In this document: positions 8,937-18,774 of the stretch, one piece after another
Layout of the letters: the number at the start of each line of letters is the position of its first letter
How positions within the stretch are numbered: position 1 is the stretch's first letter
Source of the DNA: Tepidisphaera sp.
GTDB lineage: Bacteria > Planctomycetota > Phycisphaerae > Phycisphaerales > UBA1924
Assembly: GCA_050916045.1 (NCBI GenBank)
Contig: CP051526.1
Coordinates: 1,472,001 to 1,536,000 of the forward strand
Direction: 5' to 3'
DNA length: 64,000 nt
Translations under genes and position numbers: made by a program
The notes under the pieces: generated by a model
Told to the model about the DNA's origin: nothing
Seen by the model: the letters and a program-made list of their open reading frames with translations, nothing else
The model's database searches: none

Positions 8937-9025
8937 GGTGGCACCCGAGGTTCCCGGTATACTGGGAGGGAGACGTGCTGTTCGGCGGCTTGACGGAGGA
9001 ATGACGATGGGCAGTGCCACCCGCC
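8937..9025 (+). repeat. Repeat module B, copy 3 (89 bp)
   Basis: Aligns without gaps to the other two B copies; ends GTGCCACCCGCC 16 bp before ATG 9042. Confidence 0.9.
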
Positions 9026-9041
9026 ATAAAGGCAACACCGA

Positions 9042-10229
9042 ATGAGAAAAATCACTTTGCTGATGTACATGTTGGTGAGCCCGGTGTGCATTTTGCCTGC
9101 AGGTTGTGAGCAGCGATCCGGCCCGGTGTCGGTGCTTCCGGCCTCCATTGAGCGGCTTATGGAGCAAACGGCAAAGGCTATCGCCGAGTGGGACGTGAAC
9201 CACGGTCCTGGCAGCTTTACGAGCAAGGTGCTTGCATTCAGAGACGGTGACGTCGATCAGGTCACGAATGAGTTCAGGGAGTTCATTCGAAGTTCTGGAC
9301 TGGCAAGGCTCATTCGCGAGGTGAGAAACGGCGATGAGTTGGCCTCGGTTGACGAAGCTAACTACGCGAGTAAGACAATCCAGGATCCAGGGCTTGTCGC
9401 GGCGGTGCGGTGCCTTCCGTTCCTGCCGCTTGTCGTCAATGAATCAAAGGCGCCCGATGATGTCATGGACGCGGCTCTGGACGCAATTGCCATGCACCGA
9501 GTCCAGTTGGCATTAGTCCCGTCCGCCATCAAGTACTCCGGTGGTTACTCGATGGCGGCCGCAATGCGTGACCTGCGGCTTTCAAAGGCGTTGCCACTGC
9601 TCGACATGTGGGATCTGATCGCGGCCGGGGTCGATCCGGAGATCGTTCGTCAAGCTGGTGCGAAGCTCACCACGCTCACCCCTCCCTTGCTAACGCAGCG
9701 ATTTATCGACTTGAGCGAGAAGGACGTTTGGGCTGGGTTTGGCGCGGAGAAGGACAAGCCCCTGAAGCCGGAGGAGCGTGTCGCGCTAAGGACCTATTAC
9801 GCAGTGATGCGATCGGGTGTCTCTCAGCGTGTTGGATATAAACCGCCGACCTGTGATGAATCTGTTGTCGAACTGTTGCGGAAAGTTGAGCAACGGACCG
9901 ACATCGATCCGTTCTTGACCTACGGCAACATCACTCTGGCTGCAGAACAGGACACGGCGTTCGTACTCGTTGATGCTGCCATGAGAATGATCGTGGCCAA
10001 AGACCAAGTTCTTGATGGAGAACGGCTGAAGCCGCTTCCTGAGCTTCGTGATCCGTTCTCGGGAATCACGGTTCGATTTACAGCTGGGGCAGGAAAGAGA
10101 ACGATCTACTCTACTGGTATTGATGGCGTGGACAATGCGGGAATTGCGAGCCCGGGCAAGCGATTTGCTGGCGCATCTCAGGATAGATCGGAGTCCGAAG
10201 GACTCGATATCGCAATCACGTTCGACTAG
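9042..10229 (+). CDS. Putative lipoprotein with a C-terminal GspG-like DPFSG...YSxGxDGxD motif
   Basis: MRKITLL...ILPAGC lipobox-like start; LRDPFSGITVRF...IYSTGIDGVDNAG; AT-richer codon usage. Confidence 0.7.
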   Translation: MRKITLLMYMLVSPVCILPAGCEQRSGPVSVLPASIERLMEQTAKAIAEWDVNHGPGSFTSKVLAFRDGDVDQVTNEFREFIRSSGLARLIREVRNGDELASVDEANYASKTIQDPGLVAAVRCLPFLPLVVNESKAPDDVMDAALDAIAMHRVQLALVPSAIKYSGGYSMAAAMRDLRLSKALPLLDMWDLIAAGVDPEIVRQAGAKLTTLTPPLLTQRFIDLSEKDVWAGFGAEKDKPLKPEERVALRTYYAVMRSGVSQRVGYKPPTCDESVVELLRKVEQRTDIDPFLTYGNITLAAEQDTAFVLVDAAMRMIVAKDQVLDGERLKPLPELRDPFSGITVRFTAGAGKRTIYSTGIDGVDNAGIASPGKRFAGASQDRSESEGLDIAITFD

Positions 10230-10231
10230 GG

Positions 10232-10302
10232 GGCGGGTGGCACCGATCGTGAGATGACTCCGGTGCGTGCCACCGATCGCCGGTTCCTCCGGCGATCGGT
10301 GG
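10232..10302 (+). repeat. Repeat module D, copy 3, ending in a perfect hairpin
   Basis: GGCGGGTGGCAC starts 2 bp after the TAG at 10229; CCACCGATCGCCGG-TTCCT-CCGGCGATCGGTGG perfect 14-bp stem at 10270-10302. Confidence 0.9.
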
Positions 10303-10466
10303 ATGGGCCGCGTGCGGCGAGTTTGGGCACGGGAGCGGGCGGGTTATGAGGCGTGGGGCGGGTGGCGGGCTGGCGTGGGCGGGGTTGAATGAACTCCGAA
10401 CCCCTCCCGTCCAAACTGGCGTACCGAGGGGCTCGTTTCGCCGCGCACGGTCGCTGGGCGCCCGCG

Positions 10467-10718
10467 CACAATCCTTGTGACGGCCGACAACATCGTTGCC
10501 GCCCAGCGCACAAGAGTTGCCGCTGGCATCACAACGATTGCCGCTGGCAGCACAAGGGCTTTGTCGGCCATCACAACGATTGCCGCTGGCATCACAACGA
10601 TTGCCGCTGGCAGCACAAGCGTTGCCGCCCAGCGCACAACGACCTTGCTGACCATCACAACGACCTTGTCGCCCGACACAACGAGCATGTCGCCCGACAC
10701 AACGACCTTGCGCGCGAA
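10467..10718. repeat. 21-bp tandem repeat, about 12 degenerate units (CACAACGAYYK...)
   Basis: Units begin every 21 bp from 10467, e.g. CACAACGATTGCCGCTGGCAG and CACAACGACCTTGTCGCCCGA; no spacers. Confidence 0.9.
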
Positions 10719-10840
10719 CATCGCGAGGTCGATTCGGCCGTCGGTCGGCGTGCGCTGCGTCGCAGCCCCGCTCACGCCCGCCCATCGCCGTGATTTTCGG
10801 TCGTCCGCCGATCACCCCCATTCGAAGCCCCAGAACCCCC

Positions 10841-12541
10841 TCACGCCCGCAGGCCGAGGGCTTCGCGGACCTTCGCGATCGAGGCTTCCTGACGCGTTTG
10901 GTACTCCTCATCCGCATCGATGATCGGGCGGCCGATGATCGCTTCGAGGCGCGACTGCGGGAAGTCCGGGCGGCTGGCGGCGGTGGCTTTCGTGCCGTAC
11001 TGGTTCAGGTTCGAAGCGAAGATCCCCGCCGCGCTCACCGGCAGGAAGTCCTCGTACCGGATCCCCTCAACCTCGACCAGCCCCAGGCGGACCAGTTCGT
11101 GCAGGTCGCTCGTCGGGAGCTTGCCCTTCGCGGCAAGGTCCTTCGCGGCGGGGGTCGCGGTGTAGACCGCGTACGCCAAGCCGGCTTTGAGCAGCTCGCG
11201 GAGGTTCTTGGGGAAGGGAGCAAAGTGCTCGGCGTAGGACGCGAGGAACGCGGCGTGGTCGGTGTCGGCGAGCTCGGTCTTGCGGCCGGCTTCGGCGGCG
11301 TCGGCGCAGCGGTTGTAGAGGGCACGCCCCTCGCGGGTCGCGGCGAAGAACCGCTGCTCGATCTCGCCGAAGCGGGCGGTGTGCGTCGTGTCGGTCGTCG
11401 TGCCGTCGGGGTTGCGGAACTTCACCGGCTCGGAGAGGGCTTTGTACGCGTCCTGACGCAGGAAGATCGGCGTGCTCGCGTCGGGGCCCTCGGTGTAATC
11501 CTTGAAGCCCGAGTGCTTGTGCGTGTAGAGGTCGTAGCCGGGCGTCTTGAAGGTCGCGATGAGCCGGTCGACGAGGGCCGCGATCGCGGTGGGGGGCGGC
11601 TGGCGGCGCTCGAACCGGGCGATGTCGGCCGCGGTGAGCTGCTTGAAGTGCAGGCGGAGGTAGTCGGGGTCGGCGACCTCGAGCAGCTGGCGGAGAGCGT
11701 TCGTCGCCCGCGTGCGGAACCCGGCTTCGGGAAGCTCGCCCAGGCAGTGCTCCATCGCCGCGGTGTACAGGTCGATGCACATCGTGTTGGGCGTGAGGTG
11801 GTTGAGGTGGTGAGCCTCGAAGCACGCGATGTCTGCCGCGATCTTGAACCCGGCGTTGCAGAGGTGCGTGTAGAGCGCGTGGTCGCGGGCGGTGCCGGTC
11901 CACTTGAAGATGAAGCGGATCCCCTCGGCGATCAGGGCGTTGGCATCCTCCCACGACAAGCCGCCCTGTTTCTCGTTCTTCTCGATGAGGGCTTTGGCTT
12001 TGTCGGTAAAGACGCGGCGGGTCGCGAGGAGGGCTTCGATCCGCTTGCGGGTGTCCTCATCGAAGTACTCGGTGAGGAGCATCGAGGAAAAGACGCGGTG
12101 CTCGGGCTTGTGCCGCGAGCGGTAGGCGGTCGCGACGACGGGCTGGCTCTTGGCGCCCACACGCGACATGTCGTAGAAGTTGTGCGGCTCCATGCCGAAA
12201 GCCGCGAACCACCGAGCGATCCAGCGGTACTCCTCGGGCGTGCCGATGCGGATGGCTCCGTGCCGCTCACCGCTGGCCCGGTCGATGTCCGCTTCGTTCA
12301 TCTTGAAGCCTGCGTAGGCCTGCTCGAGCAGGTCGCACGTCGCGAGGTTGCACGCGAGGTTGACGCGGAGCGACCCGCCGTACAGCGGAACCTCCTCGCC
12401 GAAGGATCGCGAAAGCTCGGAGAAAAGCCGGTCCTGCATCGCGCGCGGATCGGCGAAGGAAACGCCTCCCGGCCCGGCCGAGGCCGATGAAGCATGGGGG
12501 GCGGAGTGAGCGGCGCAAGAACGATCGGATGCGGTATTCAT
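10841..12541 (-). CDS. hglS: 2-oxoadipate dioxygenase/decarboxylase (DUF1338, YdcJ/HglS family)
   Basis: ERHGAIR, HLNHLTP, TEGP..FLRQ, HTARFGEIEQR and YEDFLPVSAAGIF motifs. Confidence 0.85.
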   Translation of the reverse strand: MNTASDRSCAAHSAPHASSASAGPGGVSFADPRAMQDRLFSELSRSFGEEVPLYGGSLRVNLACNLATCDLLEQAYAGFKMNEADIDRASGERHGAIRIGTPEEYRWIARWFAAFGMEPHNFYDMSRVGAKSQPVVATAYRSRHKPEHRVFSSMLLTEYFDEDTRKRIEALLATRRVFTDKAKALIEKNEKQGGLSWEDANALIAEGIRFIFKWTGTARDHALYTHLCNAGFKIAADIACFEAHHLNHLTPNTMCIDLYTAAMEHCLGELPEAGFRTRATNALRQLLEVADPDYLRLHFKQLTAADIARFERRQPPPTAIAALVDRLIATFKTPGYDLYTHKHSGFKDYTEGPDASTPIFLRQDAYKALSEPVKFRNPDGTTTDTTHTARFGEIEQRFFAATREGRALYNRCADAAEAGRKTELADTDHAAFLASYAEHFAPFPKNLRELLKAGLAYAVYTATPAAKDLAAKGKLPTSDLHELVRLGLVEVEGIRYEDFLPVSAAGIFASNLNQYGTKATAASRPDFPQSRLEAIIGRPIIDADEEYQTRQEASIAKVREALGLRA

Positions 12542-12649
12542 GCCATCGAAATGGTAGGTTCGGACGGGCGCCGGCGGGCCTTTCCCGCGTTGGCGCGGTG
12601 CCCTGATGGTTCGGCCGCTCCCGAGCCGCCGCTCGTCGATCGAAACCCC

Positions 12650-14911
12650 TCAGCACCCCGTCTCAAAAGCTCCGACGAACGCGTCGTAGTCGAAGAAATC
12701 CACGAAGTCGTCGCGGTTGAAGTCGGCGGATTTGCCCGGCGGGCATGAGCCGGTCTCAAAGCAGCCGACGAAGTCGTCGTAGTCGAAGAAGTCGATGAAC
12801 CCATCGCCGTTGAAGTCCGCTTCGCACCCGGGCGTCGTCACGCTGAGCACGGCCAGGCCGCGGCTCGGGCAGGACATCCAGAGTTCATACCCGCCGGGGA
12901 TGAGCTTGGCTTCGATGTCGATGATGCTCGCGTGCGGCAAGCCGCCGCGCCGCCACTCGCCGTTGGGCGGAGCGGGAAACGTCTCCATGGTCGTGCCGTC
13001 CCAGCAGAGCAACCCCGCCTCTGTCGACGGGAACTCGCTGTCGTAGGTCATCCACAGGCGGCCGTCGGGCGTGACAAGCTGCGGCCGCACGTGCTCACCG
13101 GGGAAGGGCCAGCCCAGGTCGTGCTCCCAGATCTGATACGCGCCGGTGTCGGCGTCGAGGCGGATGAGCGTGCTCCCCGTGCTGGTGAACTGGGTCCATG
13201 TGCCGAACCACGCGACGCCGCCGCGATCGACGGCCAAGCCGGTGAAGAGCCCGCCCGCGAGTTCGGGAAAGTCCTCGATCGTGCGATGAAAGGTCGAGAT
13301 CCCGTCCGTCCGCGTGATCTCGAAATCCTGATTCGCCCACACCGTGCCCGGCCGCTCCGGATCAACCTGAAGTGCGAGGCCCCAGCCACCCGTGCGCACC
13401 GTCGTGAACCCGCCGGCGCGGAAGTAGCCCAGCCCGCCGTAATGCCCGATCGCCCAAAGCCGGCCCGTCGAGTCCTCGCGGTACTGGCGGACGGAGTCCA
13501 TCCCGCCGGGCACGGCCGTCCATTGTCCCGTCGCGGGGTTCAGGTCGTGCGTGAAGTTGAACATCGGGTTGACCGCGATGTGGCCGGTGGAAGGACGCAC
13601 GCAGACGGCTTCGCTGTTGTCGGTGGGGAAGGGCCAGCTTCCGCCAAGCCCGTACGTGAACAAGTTGTACCCGGTCCATCGCGTGCCGTCGAAGCGGACC
13701 ATCCCGCCCACGCCCGGGCCCGCGTTCGCTGCCGCGTAGACCTCGCCCGTGGCCGCGTCGATCGTGAGATCGGCGTTGAACAGGTCGAACTGGCTTGTGT
13801 TGGTCACGCGGTATCGCTGCCAGACGCCCGACGCGGGGTCGCGGCGGATCGCTCCGCCCTGGCCGGACCCGCACACCCAAATCGTGCCGTCTGCGGAGAA
13901 ATCAAGATCATCGATGAACCCGTTGTGCGGCACCGTGCCAAGGTCGGTCCACGTCGAGCCGTCGAATCGATGCAGCCGATACGCGTTGTTCGGATCGATC
14001 ACGACCAGGTACGCTCCCAGATTGCCGAAGGGGCGGATCATCGCGAACGGCGCGGCCAAGCTGGTCGAAAGCGGCGGCAGTGGGGGGGTGATCCACGTGC
14101 CGTCGGGACGCTTGCAGTCGAGCGTCATCTCGCCTTGTGCATTCGCGAGCCTCACCATCCACACGTTGCCCGCGTCGTCCGCCGCGTGCTTGGAAAGCAG
14201 AGCGACCGGATTCCCGACGGCGTACGGCAGGTGCGTCCACGTGCGCGTCTGGCTGTCCCAGCGGTCCATGCCCGAAGCACCCTCGAGCGATGTCCAAAGG
14301 AAGTACCCGCCGCCCGGCTTGGGCTGCGCCGCGATCGTGCCGCCGCCGCGATCGGCGAAGTGGGTCCATTCGCCGGTCGCGGGCACGTAGCGGGTCAGCC
14401 CGCCACCTCCCCACGCGACCGAGACCGCGGAGATCCACACCGCACCGTCCGGAGCGATCGTGACATCCACGGTTCGCCCGCCGGGAAGCCGCGAGTTCGA
14501 CGGATCAAACCGCACCAGCGAGTCCGGACCCGCCGCGATGTTCATTTTCAAGAGCCCGCGCCACGTGCCAAGCCACAGATTGCCCGAAGCGTCCGGCACG
14601 ATGTCGCTCACGCGCGAAGCACCCACATCGTTCGCGCTGCCGATCGCCGCGTAGTCGATGTTCGAGACGTTGAACCACCGGTTCTCCGACTGGATGAACC
14701 GCGCGATCCCGCCCTCCTCCGCGATCGGGTCATACCCGCTGATCCACGGGTCGCCGTCCGCGCCGATGTGGATGGCTTCGTTGAAGTCGCCCTGGATGCC
14801 GGTGTTCCCGGGCCGGTAGTAGCGCCAAGAGAACTCCACCTGCGCCGCCGCCGCTCCGGCGAGCATCGCGACGCACGCACCAGCTCCAAGCGTCCGAAAG
14901 GTCGTCTTCAT
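12650..14911 (-). CDS. Secreted beta-propeller (Reg_prop-like) protein with a C-terminal GC-type dockerin-like domain
   Basis: AGGAG RBS, signal peptide MKTTFRTLGAGACVAMLAGAAAA/Q; repeated D..GNLWLGT / DG.VWI motifs; CEADFNGDGFIDFFDYD...ETGC tail. Confidence 0.85.
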   Translation of the reverse strand: MKTTFRTLGAGACVAMLAGAAAAQVEFSWRYYRPGNTGIQGDFNEAIHIGADGDPWISGYDPIAEEGGIARFIQSENRWFNVSNIDYAAIGSANDVGASRVSDIVPDASGNLWLGTWRGLLKMNIAAGPDSLVRFDPSNSRLPGGRTVDVTIAPDGAVWISAVSVAWGGGGLTRYVPATGEWTHFADRGGGTIAAQPKPGGGYFLWTSLEGASGMDRWDSQTRTWTHLPYAVGNPVALLSKHAADDAGNVWMVRLANAQGEMTLDCKRPDGTWITPPLPPLSTSLAAPFAMIRPFGNLGAYLVVIDPNNAYRLHRFDGSTWTDLGTVPHNGFIDDLDFSADGTIWVCGSGQGGAIRRDPASGVWQRYRVTNTSQFDLFNADLTIDAATGEVYAAANAGPGVGGMVRFDGTRWTGYNLFTYGLGGSWPFPTDNSEAVCVRPSTGHIAVNPMFNFTHDLNPATGQWTAVPGGMDSVRQYREDSTGRLWAIGHYGGLGYFRAGGFTTVRTGGWGLALQVDPERPGTVWANQDFEITRTDGISTFHRTIEDFPELAGGLFTGLAVDRGGVAWFGTWTQFTSTGSTLIRLDADTGAYQIWEHDLGWPFPGEHVRPQLVTPDGRLWMTYDSEFPSTEAGLLCWDGTTMETFPAPPNGEWRRGGLPHASIIDIEAKLIPGGYELWMSCPSRGLAVLSVTTPGCEADFNGDGFIDFFDYDDFVGCFETGSCPPGKSADFNRDDFVDFFDYDAFVGAFETGC

Positions 14912-15127
14912 CGCAATGCTCCTGCCGCGTGAGAAACGGAAGCTCCGGCACGGGACCCGGGCAGGGGATCTTCGGCGTTCTCTCATGAAAGGAGGCGAGC
15001 CGGAGCCGTTTCGGACGTGAGTTTGGATCGAATCCGGCGAACTCCGCCCAGATCCCCCGAACCGGATGTTTCTCGAAGGAGGAGTCCTCGCCGCCGGAAA
15101 CCGGTGGGTCGTGCATCTGGGTCCTTC

Positions 15128-16264
15128 ATGCGTCACACCGTCTCGATCCTCGTCCTGACCTTTTTCTCTCACCTGGCCGCCCCCGCCGGGCGGGCCGATG
15201 GTCAGCCTGAAGCCTTCCCGGGGGTCGAGACGCCTGTTCCCGCTCAGCGTCCGGGTAAGCACCAAGCCGTGAAGGACTCGACGCCGCTCCCCGGCAGTTC
15301 GTTCGTCCGCTACTTCACCACCGATGAGTTTGACCGATCGATCGTCTTCTACGTCAGGGTGCCCGAAGCCAAGCCGGGCGACGAGACCAAACTTCCGATC
15401 ATCCTCTACGTCCAAGGTTCCGGGTCGCAATCCGTCTTCACGCGCGTCGAGCAGGATGGGGTTGAACGTGCAGCCGCGTCCGGCGGACAAGGCGTCATCG
15501 CCAAAGCCGCGAACGACCGGGCGATCGTCGTCATCGCGGAAAAGCCGGGCGTCCGCTTCATGGAGTGCCCCAAGCAGCCCGGCGGAGCCGTCGACGCGTC
15601 GCGTGAGTTCCGCGAAGAGCACACCCTCCCGCGGTGGTCCGCGGCCGTCTCCGCCGCACTGCACGCTTCGCTCACCCTTCCCCGCGCGGATCCTTCGAGT
15701 GTGCTTCTCGTCGGGCATAGCGAGGGCGGCCTCGTGGCGTGCAAGGTCGCCGCCGACAACCCTGTGGTGACGCATGTCGCGACGCTCGCGGGCGGTGGTC
15801 CGACGCAGCTTTACGATCTCATCGAGCTCGCGCGTCGCGGGACCTTCTGCGGCGGCGGGAATCCGGATCCCCAAGCGTGTGTGAACTTGCTGCTGGAGCA
15901 GTGGGAGAACGTGCTTCGAGCTCCCGACAGCGCTGAGAACGACTTCCTCGGCCACCCGCACCGTCGCTGGACCAGCTTCCTGGCGACCAGCCCCCTCGAA
16001 GAACTCAAGAAGACCCGCGCGAAGGTCTTCATCGGGCAGGGACTCGACGATCAAGCGGTCCTGCCCGCCAGCGCCGATGTGCTTTTCGCCACGCTGAAAG
16101 CCGTCGGGCGCGACCCGGTGTATCGCCGCGTCCCCGGCGACCACGGGTTCGAGGTCTCTCGCGAGGGCCAGCCTCCGGCCGGAGATGGCTGGCTTGAGAT
16201 GCACGCCCGCGTCGCCGAGTGGTTCCTCGGACCGGCACCCGCCGCATCGCCCGCCCCCAAGTGA
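15128..16264 (+). CDS. Secreted alpha/beta-hydrolase (S9-like)
   Basis: Signal peptide; LPIILYVQGSG; GHSEGG nucleophile elbow; GLDDQAV (Asp); GDHGF (His). Confidence 0.85.
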   Translation: MRHTVSILVLTFFSHLAAPAGRADGQPEAFPGVETPVPAQRPGKHQAVKDSTPLPGSSFVRYFTTDEFDRSIVFYVRVPEAKPGDETKLPIILYVQGSGSQSVFTRVEQDGVERAAASGGQGVIAKAANDRAIVVIAEKPGVRFMECPKQPGGAVDASREFREEHTLPRWSAAVSAALHASLTLPRADPSSVLLVGHSEGGLVACKVAADNPVVTHVATLAGGGPTQLYDLIELARRGTFCGGGNPDPQACVNLLLEQWENVLRAPDSAENDFLGHPHRRWTSFLATSPLEELKKTRAKVFIGQGLDDQAVLPASADVLFATLKAVGRDPVYRRVPGDHGFEVSREGQPPAGDGWLEMHARVAEWFLGPAPAASPAPK

Positions 16265-16455
16265 CCCGGGCTCGACGTTCGCGGACCCGACCGGACGAAG
16301 CCCGATACCGGTGGGGGGCTTGGGGTGCGAGGGGGTAAACGGGGCCCGAGACGGCTTGCCCGGCGGGTGCATCTCTCGTACAGTTCCTTGGAATGATTCT
16401 AAAGAGCAGCCATGTCCGGTTGCGTCTTGGACTCATTTGGAACGCGGAGACGCCC

Positions 16456-17706
16456 ATGGGCACCCCGAAAGCCTCGCCGACCAGCATCTATCTTGATCAC
16501 GCCGCGACGACCCCGTGCGACCCGCGCGTCGTCGAAGCCATGCTTCCGTACTTCACCAACACCTTCGGCAACCCCGGAAGCCGCAACCACCGGTTCGGCT
16601 GGGAAGCCGAGGAGGGTGTCGATCTCGCTCGCGAACGCGTTGCCGCGCTCATCGGCGCCGACCCCAAGGACATCATCTTCACCTCCGGCTCGACCGAGGG
16701 GAACAACCTCGCCATCAAGGGCGGGGCGTACATGTACGAGAAAGCCCCCGCCGGGCAGCCCAAGCGCGGGCACATCATCTCCTGCACCATCGAGCACAAA
16801 GCGGTGCTGGACCCCTGCAAGCGTCTCGAGAAGGAGGGCTTTGATGTCACCTTCCTCGAGCCCCCGCGCGACGGCATCGTGACCGCCGAGATGGTGAAAG
16901 CCGCGATGCGCGAGGACACCATCCTCGTCACGATCATGTGGGCCAACAACGAACTCGGCACCATCAACGAGGTGCCCGAGATCGGCAAGCTCTGCCACGA
17001 ACGTGGCGTGCTCTTCCACACCGACGCGACGCAGTGGGTCGGCAAGATGCCGACCGACGTCGAGAGGGATCACATCGATCTGCTCACGCTGAGCGGCCAC
17101 AAGCTCTACGGCCCCAAGGGCGTGGGCGCGATGTACGTCCGCCGCAAGCGTCCGCGCGTCCGCCTTCAGGCTCTCTACGACGGCGGCGGCCAGGAACGCG
17201 GCTTCCGCCCCGGCACGCTGAACGTCCCCGGCATCGTCGGCCTCGGCAAAGCGTGCGAGATCGCGATGCAGGAGATGGAGCAGGAAGGCGTCCGCCTGCT
17301 CGCTCTTCGCCAGAAGCTTGAACGCGAGATCACCAAGCGTGTCGATATGTGCACGGTCAACGGCCACGCGGACAAGCGTCTTCCGCACATCTCGAACATC
17401 TCCTTCGGGTTCGTCGAGGGTGAGAGCCTGATGATGGCGGTCAAGGACATCGCCGTCAGCTCCGGCTCGGCGTGCACCAGCGCGAGCCTTGAGCCCAGCT
17501 ACGTCCTCAAGGGCATCGGCGTCGGCGACGATCTCGCCCACAGCAGCCTGCGGATGAGCTTGGGTCGCTGGACGACCGAAGCCGAGATCGACCACGCGAT
17601 CGAGAAGATCGTGACCAGCGTCAACCGCCTCCGCGAGATGAGCCCGCTTTACGACATGCACAAGGAAGGCATCGACCTGTCGAAGGTCGAATGGGCTCAC
17701 CACTAA
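16456..17706 (+). CDS. iscS: Cysteine desulfurase IscS
   Basis: [38 protein letters not shown]-terminal [19 protein letters not shown]. Confidence 0.97.
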   Translation: MGTPKASPTSIYLDHAATTPCDPRVVEAMLPYFTNTFGNPGSRNHRFGWEAEEGVDLARERVAALIGADPKDIIFTSGSTEGNNLAIKGGAYMYEKAPAGQPKRGHIISCTIEHKAVLDPCKRLEKEGFDVTFLEPPRDGIVTAEMVKAAMREDTILVTIMWANNELGTINEVPEIGKLCHERGVLFHTDATQWVGKMPTDVERDHIDLLTLSGHKLYGPKGVGAMYVRRKRPRVRLQALYDGGGQERGFRPGTLNVPGIVGLGKACEIAMQEMEQEGVRLLALRQKLEREITKRVDMCTVNGHADKRLPHISNISFGFVEGESLMMAVKDIAVSSGSACTSASLEPSYVLKGIGVGDDLAHSSLRMSLGRWTTEAEIDHAIEKIVTSVNRLREMSPLYDMHKEGIDLSKVEWAHH

Positions 17707-17735
17707 CCGACCATTTGGCACTTTGGAGATTCCCC

Positions 17736-18164
17736 ATGGCTTACGGCCCCAAAATCATCGACCACTACGAGAATCCCCGCAACGTCGGCACGTTCGGCAC
17801 GCAGAAGGAGATCAAGGAGCGCAAGGACATCGGCGTGGGCCTGGTCGGCGCGCCCGAGTGCGGCGACGTGATGCAGCTTCAGATCAAGGTGGGGCCGGAC
17901 GGCACCATCCAGGACGCGAAGTTCAAGACCTTCGGCTGCGGCTCCGCCATCGCTTCGTCCTCGCTCGCGACCGAGTGGATCAAGGGCCGCACGCTCGAGC
18001 AGGCCGAGGACCTCAAGAACTCCCAGATCGTCGAGGAGCTCAGCCTCCCCCCGGTCAAGATCCACTGCTCGGTGCTCGCCGAGGACGCGATCAAAGCCGC
18101 GGTCGAGGACTACCGCAAGAAGAACGGCTTGCCCGTCGCCGATCACGAGCACGCCAAAGCCTGA
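17736..18164 (+). CDS. iscU: Fe-S cluster scaffold IscU
   Basis: DHYENPRNVG, GAPECGDVM, FKTFGCGSAIASSS, LPPVKIHCSVLAEDA. Confidence 0.97.
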   Translation: MAYGPKIIDHYENPRNVGTFGTQKEIKERKDIGVGLVGAPECGDVMQLQIKVGPDGTIQDAKFKTFGCGSAIASSSLATEWIKGRTLEQAEDLKNSQIVEELSLPPVKIHCSVLAEDAIKAAVEDYRKKNGLPVADHEHAKA

Positions 18165-18264
18165 CCCTCGGCCGCACGCCAGCCCCAACCGCACACGAAC
18201 CCGAAACCTCGTTCCAACGTAGAAAAGCCGGGCCGCCGAGCCCGATCTGTCCGGAGCACAAGCC

Positions 18265-18636
18265 ATGACGACCACCACCCAGACCCCCGCCCAAACCGAC
18301 TCCTCCTCCGTGATCCTGAGCGAGCTTGCCGCCAAGGAGATCAAGAAGATCATCGCCGACCAGGAGCTTGACCCGGCGAAGGTCCACCTCCGCGTGGGCG
18401 TCAAGGGCGGCGGCTGCTCCGGCTTCTCGTACATCCTCGACCTCACCGAGACGGTCAAGGAAACCGACGAGGTGCTGGAGATGCACGGCGTCCGCATCAT
18501 CTGCGACCCCAAGAGCCTCCTCTATCTCTCCGGCGTGACCGTCGACTTCAAGGATGAGCTCATGGGCCGCGGGTTTGTCTTCAACAACCCCAACGCCACC
18601 AGCACCTGCGGCTGCGGCAGCAGCTTCTCCGCCTGA
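18265..18636 (+). CDS. iscA: A-type Fe-S carrier protein (IscA/HesB family)
   Basis: GGGCSGFSY and NPNATSTCGCGSSF. Confidence 0.95.
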   Translation: MTTTTQTPAQTDSSSVILSELAAKEIKKIIADQELDPAKVHLRVGVKGGGCSGFSYILDLTETVKETDEVLEMHGVRIICDPKSLLYLSGVTVDFKDELMGRGFVFNNPNATSTCGCGSSFSA

Positions 18637-18661
18637 GCACTTCTCCCAATCGCCTCCGCTC

Positions 18662-18693
18662 AAAAGCCCGCTCGCACGAGCGGGTTTTTTCTT
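18662..18693 (+). terminator. Intrinsic terminator after the isc operon
   Basis: AAAAGCCCGCTC-GCAC-GAGCGGGTTTTTT hairpin plus T-run. Confidence 0.85.
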
Positions 18694-18774
18694 GGCACGC
18701 GGATTTCATCTGTAATTTCGTTACAACCGTGAACGGCGCGAACTTGGCGGCGGGCTGAACGTCTAGGGTTTTCC

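Noticed and set aside
4337..10302. Canonical integron or CRISPR
   Set aside because: No intI, and gene boundaries lack RYYYAAC/GTTRRRY; repeats are separated by whole genes rather than short spacers.
10467..10718. CRISPR array
   Set aside because: Units are contiguous 21-mers without unique spacers, and no cas genes are present.
10790..12490. 566-aa plus-strand ORF
   Set aside because: Antisense to the DUF1338 gene, with no motifs.
10841..12541. Functional link between the lysine-catabolic DUF1338 enzyme and the Pls-type synthetase
   Set aside because: More than 40 kb apart with no shared context.
14912..16372. N-terminal extension of the 1240-aa minus-strand ORF
   Set aside because: Antisense shadow of the + strand alpha/beta-hydrolase; the real start with RBS and signal peptide is at 14911.
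16399..17721. 440-aa minus-strand ORF
   Set aside because: Antisense shadow of iscS.
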